Shown in pieces: positions 1 to 11,754 of a stretch of 64,000 bases of DNA (position 1 is the first letter of the stretch; each line of letters opens with the position of its first letter). Made by a program: the position numbers and the translations under genes. This DNA comes from Burkholderiaceae bacterium (lineage in GTDB: Bacteria > Pseudomonadota > Gammaproteobacteria > Burkholderiales > Burkholderiaceae_E): NCBI GenBank assembly GCA_036844405.1, contig DAIUFU010000001.1, positions 9,644 through 73,643 on the forward strand, written 5' to 3'. The notes under the pieces were generated by a model. It searched no databases. It saw nothing but the letters and a program-made list of their open reading frames with translations, and was not told the origin of the DNA.

Positions 1-1283
<1,283 letters not shown>

Positions 1284-1302
1284 ACACGGGAGAAGCAAAG
1301 CA

Positions 1303-1623
1303 ATGAAGCGTTCCGTCTGGATGGGCCTGGCCGCCACTGCGGCATTGGCCATGACCGCCGCGCCGGCGATGGCCGACGTGGCAATGGCGAAGAAATACAA
1401 CTGCACCGCATGTCATGCAGTCAACAAGAAACTGGTCGGCCCGTCCTACCAGGATGTCGCCAAGAAATACCAGGGCGACGCGGACGCTGAAGCCAAGCTG
1501 ATCGAGAAAGTGAAGAAAGGCGGCTCCGGCGTCTGGGGTCCGGTGCCGATGCCGCCGAACGCCAGCGTCCCGGATGCGGACGTCAAGGCACTGGTGGAGT
1601 GGGTGCTCGCCGGGGCGAAGTAA
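1303..1623 (+). CDS. nirM: Periplasmic cytochrome c551/c552 (NirM-like electron donor to NirS)
   Basis: Signal peptide, CTACH heme motif, KKLVGP, GVWGPVPMPPN Met ligand; directly downstream of nirS. Confidence 0.88.
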   Translation: MKRSVWMGLAATAALAMTAAPAMADVAMAKKYNCTACHAVNKKLVGPSYQDVAKKYQGDADAEAKLIEKVKKGGSGVWGPVPMPPNASVPDADVKALVEWVLAGAK

Positions 1624-1649
1624 GCCCGGCAACCCCGACACCGGGAATC

Positions 1650-1682
1650 AGGGGCGGCCTTCGGGCCGCCTTTTTCTTTTTC
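1650..1682 (+). terminator. Rho-independent terminator of nirS-nirM
   Basis: Stem GGCGGCC-TTCG-GGCCGCC followed by TTTTTCTTTTT. Confidence 0.9.
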
Positions 1683-1783
1683 CGGGAAAGCGTGGAGCGG
1701 ATGGGTCCGGACGGGTACCGGGGCGGCCGCCAGCCCGGATCAGGAGGGGATCACGCCGGAATGCGCCGGATCGCGAAGCCGCG

Positions 1784-2476
1784 TCAGACCAGGAATTCGC
1801 GCAGGCGGTCCGGATCCAGGATCGTGATCTCCGCCCCTTTCACGGTGATCAGTTTTTCGCTGCTGAGTTCGCCGAGGATGCGGGAAAAATGCTCCGGCGT
1901 CAGGTTCAGCCGCGAGGCGATCACGCCCTTGCTCGTGTCCAGCACGATGCGGATCGGCGGGGTCAGGTCTTCATGCTGGTCGATGTCGCGCAGCAGATAG
2001 CCGATGACCCGCTGCATGCCGGAGCGCAGCGAATACGCCTCGACGTCATGCACGAGACTGACCAGACGGCGGCTCAGCCCGGCCAGCATCCGGCGGGCCA
2101 GGCGCATGTCGCGAGCCAGTTCCGCATCGATGACGGCCTTGGAAATGTGCAGCAGCAGCGAATCCGCCAGGCATTCGGCATTGACCGGATAGGGTCGATC
2201 GAGAAACATCACGGCCTCGCCGAACGACTGACCGGGTCCGAGGATCTCGATCACCTTTTCGGTGCCCTGCGGCGACACGAAGCCCAGCTTCACCTGTCCA
2301 TAGACGATGACGTGGAACCCGACACAGGGTTCTCCGCGCCGGAACAGCACGCGCCCTTTCTGGACGCGCAACTCGGTCGTCCCGGCCGCCAGCCGTTCCA
2401 GTTCCTCGGTCCCCAACTCATGGAAGAGCGCCAGGTTCGCGAGAAAAGTCCGGGTCATTACTTTCGGCGCACGCAC
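1784..2476 (-). CDS. dnr: Crp/Fnr-family transcriptional regulator, DNR type (NO-sensing)
   Basis: cNMP-binding fold (GQSFGEAVMF), HTH IASRLNLTPEHFSRIL, no FNR Cys cluster, adjacent to nirS; GTG start chosen from upstream GAGGA (alternative ATG 2458). Confidence 0.82.
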   Translation of the reverse strand: MRAPKVMTRTFLANLALFHELGTEELERLAAGTTELRVQKGRVLFRRGEPCVGFHVIVYGQVKLGFVSPQGTEKVIEILGPGQSFGEAVMFLDRPYPVNAECLADSLLLHISKAVIDAELARDMRLARRMLAGLSRRLVSLVHDVEAYSLRSGMQRVIGYLLRDIDQHEDLTPPIRIVLDTSKGVIASRLNLTPEHFSRILGELSSEKLITVKGAEITILDPDRLREFLV

Positions 2477-2580
2477 GTATCTGGCTTTCCTCTTCACTGA
2501 TTCCGGCTTCCGGCCGCATCGACGGAACCCGCGCAACGCGTCGCCGCACCGCAGGCCACCGACACCATCCTGGCACCCGT

Positions 2581-3783
2581 TCAGCTGCTATTGTCGCCCG
2601 AACCCGGGTCCAGAGCGGTATTGACCTGCCGCACGACGCTGTCAGCCCCTGCCGAGCGCGCCGCCGGACGACCGTCCGGCCCGAGCGCGCCCGCCGTTTC
2701 GGCCAGACGGCGAAGCGCCCACTCCACATGCTCGCGCACCAGCGGTGAGGCATCATCGCGCCGCGCGCGCAGTGCGGCAACGATATCATCCCCACCCGCG
2801 CTGTTACCCATGGCAACGGCCAGATTGCGCAGCCAGCGTTCATGTCCGATGCGCCGGATCGGCGAACCGGCGAGGCGACTGTCGAACTCCTCCGCACTCC
2901 AGGCAAAGAGTTCGACGAGCGTGCTGTGATCCAGCTTCTGACGCGGATGAAAATCCGCCACCGCGGTCGGCCGCGCAAAGCGGTTCCACGGACAGGCCAG
3001 CTGGCAATCGTCGCAACCGTAGATCCGGTTGCCCATCAATGGCCGCAGTTCCTCGGGAATCGGCCCCTTGTGCTCGATCGTCAGATAGGAAATGCAGCGA
3101 CGTGCATCGAGCCGGTACGGCGCAATGATCGCGCCGGTCGGGCAGGCATCGATGCAGCGCACGCAGGTTCCGCAGTGATCGTCGATGCGCCCGGAGACGG
3201 GCAGTTCCAGATCGGTATAGATCGTGCCCAGAAAGAAGGTCGAACCGCGGCGCGGGTTCAGCACCAGCGTGTGCTTGCCGCGCCAGCCAAGGCCGGCGCG
3301 ACGCGCCAGTTCGCCCTCCATGACCGGCGCCGAATCGCAGAACACGCGGTAGCCGAACGGGCCGATCTGCTGCTCGATGCGCTCGGCCAGGCGCTGCAGC
3401 CGCGAGCGCACGAGCTTGTGATAATCGCGCCCGAGCGCGTAGCGGGAGACGTACGCCTGCTCTCCGTCGGCCAGCGTCGCCCATGCGCGCTCCACCCATG
3501 CCGGATCGTCAGGCGCATATTCGATGGAGACCATCAGCGCACGTACCGTGCCTTCGACCAGTTCGGGGGCGCGGGCACGCTTCATGCCATGGCGCGCCAT
3601 ATAATCCATCTCGCCGTGGTAGCCGGCATCGAGCCATGCCTGGAAGCCGTCCTCGACGTCCGACAGATCAACGTCGGCCACACCGAACGAAGCGAACCCG
3701 AGTTCAAGCGCCCACTGGCGCAAGATCTCCACCGAGGGAAGTTCGCGTCCACCCGGTTCGCATCCACTTTGCTCAGCCTGCAT
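2581..3783 (-). CDS. queG: Epoxyqueuosine reductase
   Basis: SRYALGRDYH, DSAPVME, CGTCVRCIDACPT, CISYLTIE, IYGCDDCQLACPWN; start approximate. Confidence 0.95.
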   Translation of the reverse strand: MQAEQSGCEPGGRELPSVEILRQWALELGFASFGVADVDLSDVEDGFQAWLDAGYHGEMDYMARHGMKRARAPELVEGTVRALMVSIEYAPDDPAWVERAWATLADGEQAYVSRYALGRDYHKLVRSRLQRLAERIEQQIGPFGYRVFCDSAPVMEGELARRAGLGWRGKHTLVLNPRRGSTFFLGTIYTDLELPVSGRIDDHCGTCVRCIDACPTGAIIAPYRLDARRCISYLTIEHKGPIPEELRPLMGNRIYGCDDCQLACPWNRFARPTAVADFHPRQKLDHSTLVELFAWSAEEFDSRLAGSPIRRIGHERWLRNLAVAMGNSAGGDDIVAALRARRDDASPLVREHVEWALRRLAETAGALGPDGRPAARSAGADSVVRQVNTALDPGSGDNSS

Positions 3784-3811
3784 CTGTCCTGGTTCCGGGA
3801 GTCCGTCTGAA

Positions 3812-4420
3812 TTGAAACGTGCCGATGCCGACCCTCTGGTCGTGCAACTGCCCGATGTGGCAGCCACCGAAGCCTGTGCCCGGCGCCTGGCACCTCTGCT
3901 CGCCCCGGGGTTCCTCTTGTACCTCTCCGGCGATCTCGGTGCCGGCAAGACCACTTTCGTGCGCGCACTGCTGCGCGCACTGGGCTTTGACGCAAGGGTG
4001 AAGAGTCCGAGCTTTTCGCTGGTCGAATCTTATGATTTGTCGAGATTTCGGCTGTATCATTTTGATTTTTATAGATTCGACCACCAAGAGGACTGGATGG
4101 ATGCCGGTTTCGAGGAATTCATCGGAACCCCGAATGTCGCGGTCATCGAATGGCCGGAACGGGCAGCGGACACCCTGCCGACGCCTGATCTTCACCTGTT
4201 CCTGCGCTTTCCCGACGACGAACCCTCCGGGCAGCGGGTCATGCAGGCCATTGCCGGCACCGAGCGGGGACGGGCATGCCTGATCCGGCTCGCCCGCAGC
4301 GACGACGACTGCTGTGCCTGGGCGCCGGGTCGCTGCTGGCCGGCGGCGGATTGCGCCCGGCACACGCGTCGACGATCCGTGCGGTTCGCGTGTGGCCGGC
4401 GCGCGACTATACGCGGGTGA
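3812..4420 (+). CDS. tsaE: tRNA threonylcarbamoyladenosine biosynthesis ATPase
   Basis: GDLGAGKT Walker A, VKSPSFSLVESY, HFDFYR, IEWPE; C-terminus runs into amiC. Confidence 0.93.
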   Translation: MKRADADPLVVQLPDVAATEACARRLAPLLAPGFLLYLSGDLGAGKTTFVRALLRALGFDARVKSPSFSLVESYDLSRFRLYHFDFYRFDHQEDWMDAGFEEFIGTPNVAVIEWPERAADTLPTPDLHLFLRFPDDEPSGQRVMQAIAGTERGRACLIRLARSDDDCCAWAPGRCWPAADCARHTRRRSVRFACGRRATIRG

Positions 4421-5793
4421 CGCTGGAACTCGAGCAGCCACTCGCGGCAACACAACTGCAGCTGTCCGATCCGCCGCGACTGGTGGTCGATCTCGACGGT
4501 CTGGACATCGACCCGACGCTGCGCAGCCTGATGGCCAAGGTCCAGGCCGACGATCCGTATATCAGCCAGGTGCGCATCGGTCAGCATCGTCCGCACGTCG
4601 CGCGCATCGTGTTCGACCTGAAGAAACCCGTCGCACCGCAGCTCTTCACTCTCGATCCGGCCGGCACGTACCGGCACCGGCTGGTCATCGATCTCTACCC
4701 TCTGGTGCCGATCGATCCCTTGCAGACCCTGCTCGCGCAGGTCGCGCAGCAAACGGCCGAAGACGCGGAGGACGCAGCGGCGACCGCTCCCGCAGCGGGG
4801 GACAGGGTCATCGCGGGGAACATCGCGGAGGGCGCGGCCGATGACCCGCTGTCCGTCTGGCTCGAGCAGCGCCTGCGTGCCGCACCCCTGCAGGATGTGC
4901 CGATGCCGTCCGGCACGGCGGCCGGGGAAACGCCGGCCGAACACACGGGCGCACGGGGCGGACAGATCGCGCCCATGGCGCCTGTCGCAGTGGAAGAACC
5001 AACGGCGCAGCTCGCGCAGGCGGGCACCGGCACCGCCACCCCGCGTCCGGACACCGCCGCCAAGCGCTCTGCGCGGGCCCCGGTCACCCGTCTGATCACG
5101 ATTGCCATCGACCCGGGCCACGGCGGAGAGGATCCCGGTGCCATCGGACGACGCGGGACACGGGAAAAGGACGTGGTCCTGCGCATCGCCCGGAATCTGC
5201 GCGAACGGATTGCCCGAGACCCCGGAATGCGCGCCTTCATGACGCGGGACGGAGACTATTTCGTACCGCTCGCCACCCGGGTCGCCAAGGCGCAACGCAT
5301 CCAGGCCGATCTGTTCGTCTCGATCCACGCCGATGCCTTCGTGCGTCCGGAAGCGCGCGGCGCGTCGGTATACGTATTGTCCGAACGAGGTGCTTCGAGC
5401 GTGGCGGCACGCTGGCTGGCGCAACGCGAAAACGACTCCGATCGCATCGGCGGCGCCAATCTGGGCACGCACAACCGCGAAGCGCGACGCGTGCTGCTCG
5501 ATCTGTCGACGACGGCTCAGATCCGTCACTCGTCGCATCTGGGCCGCATCATCCTCGCCGAACTCGGCAATGTCGGCGCACTGCACAAGCCGTCGATCGA
5601 GCAGGCCGGCTTCGCCGTGCTCAAGGCGCCGGAAATTCCGTCGATCCTCGTCGAAACCGCCTTCATCAGCAATCCGCACGAGGAAAGAAGGCTGGCCAAC
5701 ACCCAGTACCAGAAGCGCCTGGCCGACGCCATCTACCGCGGCCTGAAGACCTATCTGCGCCAGCATCCGCCGCCGCCGACGAGAACCGCCTGA
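4276..5793 (+). CDS. amiC: N-acetylmuramoyl-L-alanine amidase with Tat signal and AMIN domain
   Basis: RRRLL Tat signal, VRVWPARDYTRVTLE AMIN domain, IDPGHGGEDPGA, FVSIHAD, SILVETAFISN. Confidence 0.93.
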   Translation: MPDPARPQRRRLLCLGAGSLLAGGGLRPAHASTIRAVRVWPARDYTRVTLELEQPLAATQLQLSDPPRLVVDLDGLDIDPTLRSLMAKVQADDPYISQVRIGQHRPHVARIVFDLKKPVAPQLFTLDPAGTYRHRLVIDLYPLVPIDPLQTLLAQVAQQTAEDAEDAAATAPAAGDRVIAGNIAEGAADDPLSVWLEQRLRAAPLQDVPMPSGTAAGETPAEHTGARGGQIAPMAPVAVEEPTAQLAQAGTGTATPRPDTAAKRSARAPVTRLITIAIDPGHGGEDPGAIGRRGTREKDVVLRIARNLRERIARDPGMRAFMTRDGDYFVPLATRVAKAQRIQADLFVSIHADAFVRPEARGASVYVLSERGASSVAARWLAQRENDSDRIGGANLGTHNREARRVLLDLSTTAQIRHSSHLGRIILAELGNVGALHKPSIEQAGFAVLKAPEIPSILVETAFISNPHEERRLANTQYQKRLADAIYRGLKTYLRQHPPPPTRTA

Positions 5794-5794
5794 T

Positions 5795-5842
5795 TCACCG
5801 TGCCGGTGCGTCGCTCGCCGCCGCACCGCACCGTATTGGCGC
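5795..5842 (+). promoter_or_regulatory. Two putative NtrC-binding sites
   Basis: TCACC-N5-GGTGC (5795-5809) and GCACC-N5-GGCGC (5828-5842) resemble the GCACC-N5-GGTGC consensus, 33 bp apart, upstream of a sigma54 promoter. Confidence 0.65.
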
Positions 5843-5908
5843 ACTACGCGCCCGCGGTCTGCACCGATCGATCGCCGGCACGCGCGCCCGGACACTCGAA
5901 CGGGTGGT

Positions 5909-5924
5909 TGGCACATTCCATGCT
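5909..5924 (+). promoter_or_regulatory. Sigma54 (-24/-12) promoter of glnK-amtB
   Basis: TGGCACATTCCATGCT: GG and GC exactly 10 nt apart, upstream of glnK. Confidence 0.8.
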
Positions 5925-5990
5925 CCACAGCTTCCAGCGAACCCCGTGGCCCGGACACCGGAACCGTTTTGCGGAGCATGCAGGTCATGA

Positions 5991-6467
<477 letters not shown>

Positions 6468-6498
6468 ACGCGCGGATCCGCCCGGCGGAGAACGTTCC

Positions 6499-7887
6499 AT
6501 GAAATCGCTGACACGAAACATCGCGCCGTGCCTGGCGCTGTCGCTGGTGCCGCTCGCGGCGCTGGCCGGCACTCCCGTCCCGAACAAGGGCGATGTCGCG
6601 TGGATGAGCGTCTCGACGCTGCTCGTCATCATGATGACGATCCCTGGCCTGGCGCTGTTCTACGGTGGGCTGGTACGCACGAAGAACATGCTCTCGATCC
6701 TGATGCAGGTGCTGGTCGTGTTCTCGCTGATCGTCGTGCTGTGGTCGATCTACGGCTACTCGCTGGCGTTCGGCGGCGACGGCCTGTTCTACGGCAACCT
6801 GTCGAAGATCTTCCTGAAGGGCATCACATCCGACTCGGTCACCGGGACCTTCAGCAAGGGCGTGGTCATCCCGGAACTGTCGTTCGTGGCATTCCAGGCC
6901 ACGTTCGCTGCGATCGCCTGCGCGCTGATCGTCGGCGCCTTTGCCGAGCGGGTGCGTTTTTCGGCGGTGCTGCTGTTCTCGGTGCTGTGGTTCACGTTCT
7001 GTTACCTGCCGATCGCCCATGCGGTCTGGTACTGGGCGGGCCCGGACGCGATCACCGACGCGAAGACGCTCGAGGCGGTCACCGCCGCGGCGGGCTTCCT
7101 GTGGGCCAGGGGCGCGCTGGATTTCGCCGGCGGCACCGTGGTGCACATCAATGCCGGAGTGGCGGGCCTGGTCGGGGCCTGGGTGATCGGCAAGCGGATC
7201 GGCTACGGCCGTGAGTCGATGGCGCCGCACTCGCTGGTGATGACGATGATCGGCGCTTCGCTGCTGTGGGTGGGCTGGTTCGGCTTCAACGCGGGTTCAA
7301 ACCTGGAAGCGAACGGGGTGGCCGCGCTGGCCTTCGTCAACACACTGGTCGCCACCGCCGCCGCCACCGTCTCGTGGACGCTGGGCGAGTGGATGGGCAA
7401 GGGCAGACCCTCGATGCTGGGTGCGGCCTCGGGCGCGGTCTCCGGGCTGGTGGCGATCACGCCGGCCTGCGGCTTCGTCGGGCCGATGGGCGCGCTGGTC
7501 ATCGGCCTGGTTGCCGGCATCGCCTGCCTGTGGGGCGTCAACGGCCTGAAGCGGATATCGGGCGCCGACGACTCACTGGACGTGTTCGGCGTGCACGGCG
7601 TGGGCGGCATCACCGGTGCACTGCTCACCGGTGCGTTCGCGGCGCCGTCGCTGGGCGGTACGGGAGTCTACGATTACGTGACCAACGCGGTCGCGCCCGA
7701 CTACTCGATCGGCGGCCAGATCTGGGTGCAACTGCAGGGCGTGCTGCTGACGATCGTCTGGTCCGGCGTGGTCGCCTTCGTCGCCTTCAAGCTGGTCGAC
7801 CTGGCGGTCGGGCTGCGCGTGCCCGAAGACGAGGAGCGCCAGGGGCTGGACATCAGCTCGCACGGCGAGACCGCGTACCACCACTGA
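6499..7887 (+). CDS. amtB: Ammonium transporter
   Basis: PGLALFYGG, DFAGGTVVHIN, GWFGFN, DDSLDVFGVHG, C-terminal GLD..HGETAY. Confidence 0.97.
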   Translation: MKSLTRNIAPCLALSLVPLAALAGTPVPNKGDVAWMSVSTLLVIMMTIPGLALFYGGLVRTKNMLSILMQVLVVFSLIVVLWSIYGYSLAFGGDGLFYGNLSKIFLKGITSDSVTGTFSKGVVIPELSFVAFQATFAAIACALIVGAFAERVRFSAVLLFSVLWFTFCYLPIAHAVWYWAGPDAITDAKTLEAVTAAAGFLWARGALDFAGGTVVHINAGVAGLVGAWVIGKRIGYGRESMAPHSLVMTMIGASLLWVGWFGFNAGSNLEANGVAALAFVNTLVATAAATVSWTLGEWMGKGRPSMLGAASGAVSGLVAITPACGFVGPMGALVIGLVAGIACLWGVNGLKRISGADDSLDVFGVHGVGGITGALLTGAFAAPSLGGTGVYDYVTNAVAPDYSIGGQIWVQLQGVLLTIVWSGVVAFVAFKLVDLAVGLRVPEDEERQGLDISSHGETAYHH

Positions 7888-7992
7888 GCCCCGCACGCCG
7901 GTCCGGTCGCGGACCGAAAGCGCGGTCGGCATCGCGTTCCGTTACTGGTCTGTCGATGTACTGGTCAAGCGACCCGTCGCGCCCACTGGCCT

Positions 7993-8676
7993 TCAGCGCA
8001 GCAGACGATCCTCCGCTACCGGCTGCCTGCGGCGCGCCCGCCGGGTCGCGCGCCAGTGCCGAACGAAACTGACGACGGCCGGCAGGCCGGGAATGATGAT
8101 CATCGCCAGCGTCACCCACTGGAAATGCGCGCGCACCCAGGCCGTGTTGCCGAACAGGTAGCCGATCATGGACAGCCCGACGACCCACAGCGTGGCGCCA
8201 ACCACGTTGTACAGCGCGAAACGCGGGTAACTCATCCGGGCGACGCCGGCCACGAAGGGCGCAAAGGTCCGCACGAAGGGCAGGAAGCGGGCCACGACGA
8301 TCGTGATCGGCCCGTGGCGTTCGTAGAAGGCATGGGTGCGATCGAAAGCCGCACGATCGAAGAAGCGTGATTTTTCCCAGCGGAACACCTTCGGACCGAT
8401 CCAGTGTCCGGCCGAGTAATTGACGGCATCGCCAAGCACCGCGGCCAGCAGCAGCAGCAGGATCAGGACCGTGATATCGAGACCGCCGACCGCCGCCAGC
8501 GCGCCGGCGACGAACAGCAGCGAATCGCCCGGCAGGAACGGCATGACCACCAGACCGGTCTCGATGAAGATGATGGCGAACAGGATCACGTATACCCAGA
8601 TCCCGTATTGCGCCACGACGGCGGCCAGATGCCGGTCCAGGTGCAGGAAAACGTCGAGTAACTGTGCGGGATCCAT
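7993..8676 (-). CDS. dedA: DedA/VTT family membrane protein
   Basis: FIETGLVVMPFLPGDSLLF, ARFLPFVRTFAPFVAG. Confidence 0.92.
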   Translation of the reverse strand: MDPAQLLDVFLHLDRHLAAVVAQYGIWVYVILFAIIFIETGLVVMPFLPGDSLLFVAGALAAVGGLDITVLILLLLLAAVLGDAVNYSAGHWIGPKVFRWEKSRFFDRAAFDRTHAFYERHGPITIVVARFLPFVRTFAPFVAGVARMSYPRFALYNVVGATLWVVGLSMIGYLFGNTAWVRAHFQWVTLAMIIIPGLPAVVSFVRHWRATRRARRRQPVAEDRLLR

Positions 8677-8806
8677 CGGGCGGGATGGTACACGCCGGGC
8701 GCGCGGCGGCGGCGGGAACGCACCACGGGATCGACGCCCGGATCAGGCCCGCTTCCGTGCGCAGCGCGTCCCGGCCCGGCGCCGATGCTGCTTCTATAAT
8801 CCGTCG

Positions 8807-10705
8807 ATGCCGTTGCCTGACTCTGCCGCCGGGATGCGTGACGCCCCCGCTCCGATTGCCCGGCTCGACGACCGGCTGATCAGCCAGATCGCGGCCGGAG
8901 AAGTCGTCGAGCGCCCGGCGTCGGTCGTGCGCGAACTCGTCGAGAATGCACTCGATGCCGGCGCCGGGCGCATCCAGGTACGGATCGAGGATGGCGGGAT
9001 GCGCCGCATCGTCGTGAGCGACGACGGCGTCGGCATCGCGCGCGACGAGTTGCCGCGCGCGCTCGAGCGTCATGCGACCAGCAAGATCGCCACCCTGGCC
9101 GAACTGGAACGGGTCGATACGCTGGGTTTTCGCGGCGAGGCGCTGGCGGCGATCGCCTCGGTCGCCACCCTCCGGCTGGGCAGTCGCACGGCAACGGCGG
9201 ACTGCGCCTGGTGCATCGACTCGGCCAGTGCAGAGATCATGCCGGCGCCCGGTGGCCGTGGTACCCGTGTGGAGGTGCTCGATCTGTTCTCGGCCACGCC
9301 GGCGAGGCGCAAGTTCCTGCGCAGCGCCGCCACCGAAGGCGCGCACTGCGCCGAGGCGGTCCGACGTATCGCGCTGGCACACGAAGCGATTGCCTTCGAA
9401 CTGCAGGTGGACGATCGACGCGCCGTCCGCTTCGAGCCCGAGCACTGGACGCAACGTGCGCTGGCCGCGCTCGGCGACGAATACCAGTCGGCGCACCGCA
9501 TCGTCGACGTCGGCGCCGGCGCCCTGCACGTGCGCGCCGTACTGGGCGCCCCCACCCTGCATCGCGCACGCGGCGACCGGCAGTTCCTGTATGTGAACGG
9601 CCGCTTCATCCGTGACCGCATGCTCGGCCATGCGCTGAAGCAGGCGTATGCTGATCTGATGCACGGCAACCGGCATGCCGCCTGGGCCGTGTTCGTGACG
9701 ATCGATCCGTCGCAGGTTGACGTCAACGTGCATCCGGCCAAGAGCGAAGTCCGTTTCCGCGATCCGGTCGGGGTGCGCTCGTTTGTCTTCCACGCCGTCG
9801 AAGCCGGCCTGCGCGCGGCCATGAACGCCGACGCCGATCCGGATCGCACGAGCGGGCACCAGCCCGTGCCGGTACACGCTCCGTCCGCCCCGGACGTGGC
9901 GGCCTCGCTGCGCACGCTGGAGGCCCTGTTCGGCCCGGAGCAGCGTCCGGTCGCTGCCGGATCCGCCCGCAATCATCACGCCGCCGAGCCCGAACCGCAG
10001 CGCGGGCCGCCGCCGGCCGGCAACGCCGGTCACGAAGATGCCGACAGCCGGGCCGATGTCCTGCGCGCCGTGACAACCGGCCAGCCGTCACCGGAAGGCG
10101 GCAACGCCGGCCTGGTCGAAGAACATCGCCTCGGCCATGCCATCGGCCAGTTGCACGGAATCTTTGTGCTCGCGCAGAACCGGCATGGTCTGGTCGTCAT
10201 CGACATGCATGCGGCACACGAACGGGTCGTGTACGAGGAGATGAAGCAATCGCTGGCGACGCGCTCGATGGCCACCCAGGCCCTGCTCGTGCCGGTGGTT
10301 TTCGCGGCCGACGCTTTCGAGCGCGCTCTGGTCGAGGAACAGGCGCCGGCCATTCAGGCGCTCGGCCTCGACCTGGCCCTCTATTCGGAACGTTCGGTGG
10401 CCGTACGCGCGATTCCGGCGGCACTCACCGGTGCCGACGTCGAGGCCCTCGCCCGCGCGGTGCTGGCCGAACTGCGTGAACACGACGTCGCGCACGCGAT
10501 CACCGAACGCAGCAATGCACTGCTGGCGACCATGGCCTGTCACGCCGCCGTCCGTGCCAACCGGTTGCTGTCGCTCACCGACATGAACGCACTGCTGCGC
10601 CGCATGGAAGCCACGCCGGCCGCCGACCAGTGCAATCACGGGCGTCCGACCTGGGTGCAGATTCCGCTGGCCGACCTCGATCGCTGGTTCCTGCGCGGGC
10701 GTTGA
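8807..10705 (+). CDS. mutL: DNA mismatch repair endonuclease
   Basis: IAAGEVVERPASVVREL.EN, LGFRGEAL, DVNVHPAK, DMHAAHER, CNHGRP, FLRGR end. Confidence 0.97.
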   Translation: MPLPDSAAGMRDAPAPIARLDDRLISQIAAGEVVERPASVVRELVENALDAGAGRIQVRIEDGGMRRIVVSDDGVGIARDELPRALERHATSKIATLAELERVDTLGFRGEALAAIASVATLRLGSRTATADCAWCIDSASAEIMPAPGGRGTRVEVLDLFSATPARRKFLRSAATEGAHCAEAVRRIALAHEAIAFELQVDDRRAVRFEPEHWTQRALAALGDEYQSAHRIVDVGAGALHVRAVLGAPTLHRARGDRQFLYVNGRFIRDRMLGHALKQAYADLMHGNRHAAWAVFVTIDPSQVDVNVHPAKSEVRFRDPVGVRSFVFHAVEAGLRAAMNADADPDRTSGHQPVPVHAPSAPDVAASLRTLEALFGPEQRPVAAGSARNHHAAEPEPQRGPPPAGNAGHEDADSRADVLRAVTTGQPSPEGGNAGLVEEHRLGHAIGQLHGIFVLAQNRHGLVVIDMHAAHERVVYEEMKQSLATRSMATQALLVPVVFAADAFERALVEEQAPAIQALGLDLALYSERSVAVRAIPAALTGADVEALARAVLAELREHDVAHAITERSNALLATMACHAAVRANRLLSLTDMNALLRRMEATPAADQCNHGRPTWVQIPLADLDRWFLRGR

Positions 10706-10725
10706 ATCTGCCTCGAAATCCGGTC

Positions 10726-11754
10726 ATGACGGCAATCTCGACCACGCCCGCGACAGCCACTCGTCCCGTACTTCTGCTGCTCGGCCCGACGGCATCGGGC
10801 AAGAGCGCCATCGCGATGGAACTCGCACGCTGTCTGCCGATCGAAATCGTCAGCGTCGACTCGGCCCAGGTCTATCGCGGCCTCGACATCGGTACGGCCA
10901 AACCCGGTGCCGACGAGCGCCGTGCCGTCCCCCACCACCTGATCGACCTCGTCGACCCGTCGGACACTTATTCGGCTGCGCGCTTTGCCGCGGAGGCGCG
11001 CGCCGCGATCGACAGCATCCGGGCACGCGCACACATTCCGTTGCTGGTCGGCGGCACGATGCTGTATGCGCGCGCACTCACGGACGGCCTGCACGGTCTG
11101 CCAGGGGCCGACGCGGCCGTACGCGCCCGCCTCGACGAGGAAGCGCGGCGCGACGGACTGGCGGCACTGCATGCGCGGCTCGCCGTCGTCGACCCGGCCG
11201 CAGCGGCACGCATCGACCCGGCCGATCGGCAGCGCATCCAGCGCGCACTGGAAATCCTCGAACTCACCGGCCGCACGATGTCGGACTGGCTGGCGCGTCC
11301 GGCGCCGCGTCAGGACACCGGACCGATCGTGCGCATCACCCTCGAACCGGCCGACCGCGGTCTGCTGCATGAACGCATCGCCGCCCGTTTCGAGCAGATG
11401 CTGCAAGCCGGATTCGTCGACGAGGTGCGTGGTCTGCGCGCGCGCGGCGACCTGCATGCGGAACTGCCGTCGATGCGCACGGTCGGCTACCGGCAGGCCT
11501 GGCAGTGGCTGGACCGCGATGTGCCGCTGGCCGATCTGCGCGAAAGGGCGGTGGCGGCAACCCGGCAACTCGCCAAGCGTCAGCTGACCTGGCTGCGTGC
11601 CATGAGCGATCGCCATTCGATCGACCCGTTTTCAGCCGACGCGCTGCAGCAGGTCGAGCAGATCGTGCGTGCCGCCGAAGCGTCCGATGACTTCACCCGT
11701 CCTCAACGCTGCCAGCGACGGCGCGGGCCGCTCCAGTCGAACGAGAACGAGTAG
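10726..11754 (+). CDS. miaA: tRNA dimethylallyltransferase
   Basis: GPTASGKS, SVDSAQVYRGLDIGTAKP, VGGTMLY, TRQLAKRQLTW. Confidence 0.97.
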   Translation: MTAISTTPATATRPVLLLLGPTASGKSAIAMELARCLPIEIVSVDSAQVYRGLDIGTAKPGADERRAVPHHLIDLVDPSDTYSAARFAAEARAAIDSIRARAHIPLLVGGTMLYARALTDGLHGLPGADAAVRARLDEEARRDGLAALHARLAVVDPAAAARIDPADRQRIQRALEILELTGRTMSDWLARPAPRQDTGPIVRITLEPADRGLLHERIAARFEQMLQAGFVDEVRGLRARGDLHAELPSMRTVGYRQAWQWLDRDVPLADLRERAVAATRQLAKRQLTWLRAMSDRHSIDPFSADALQQVEQIVRAAEASDDFTRPQRCQRRRGPLQSNENE

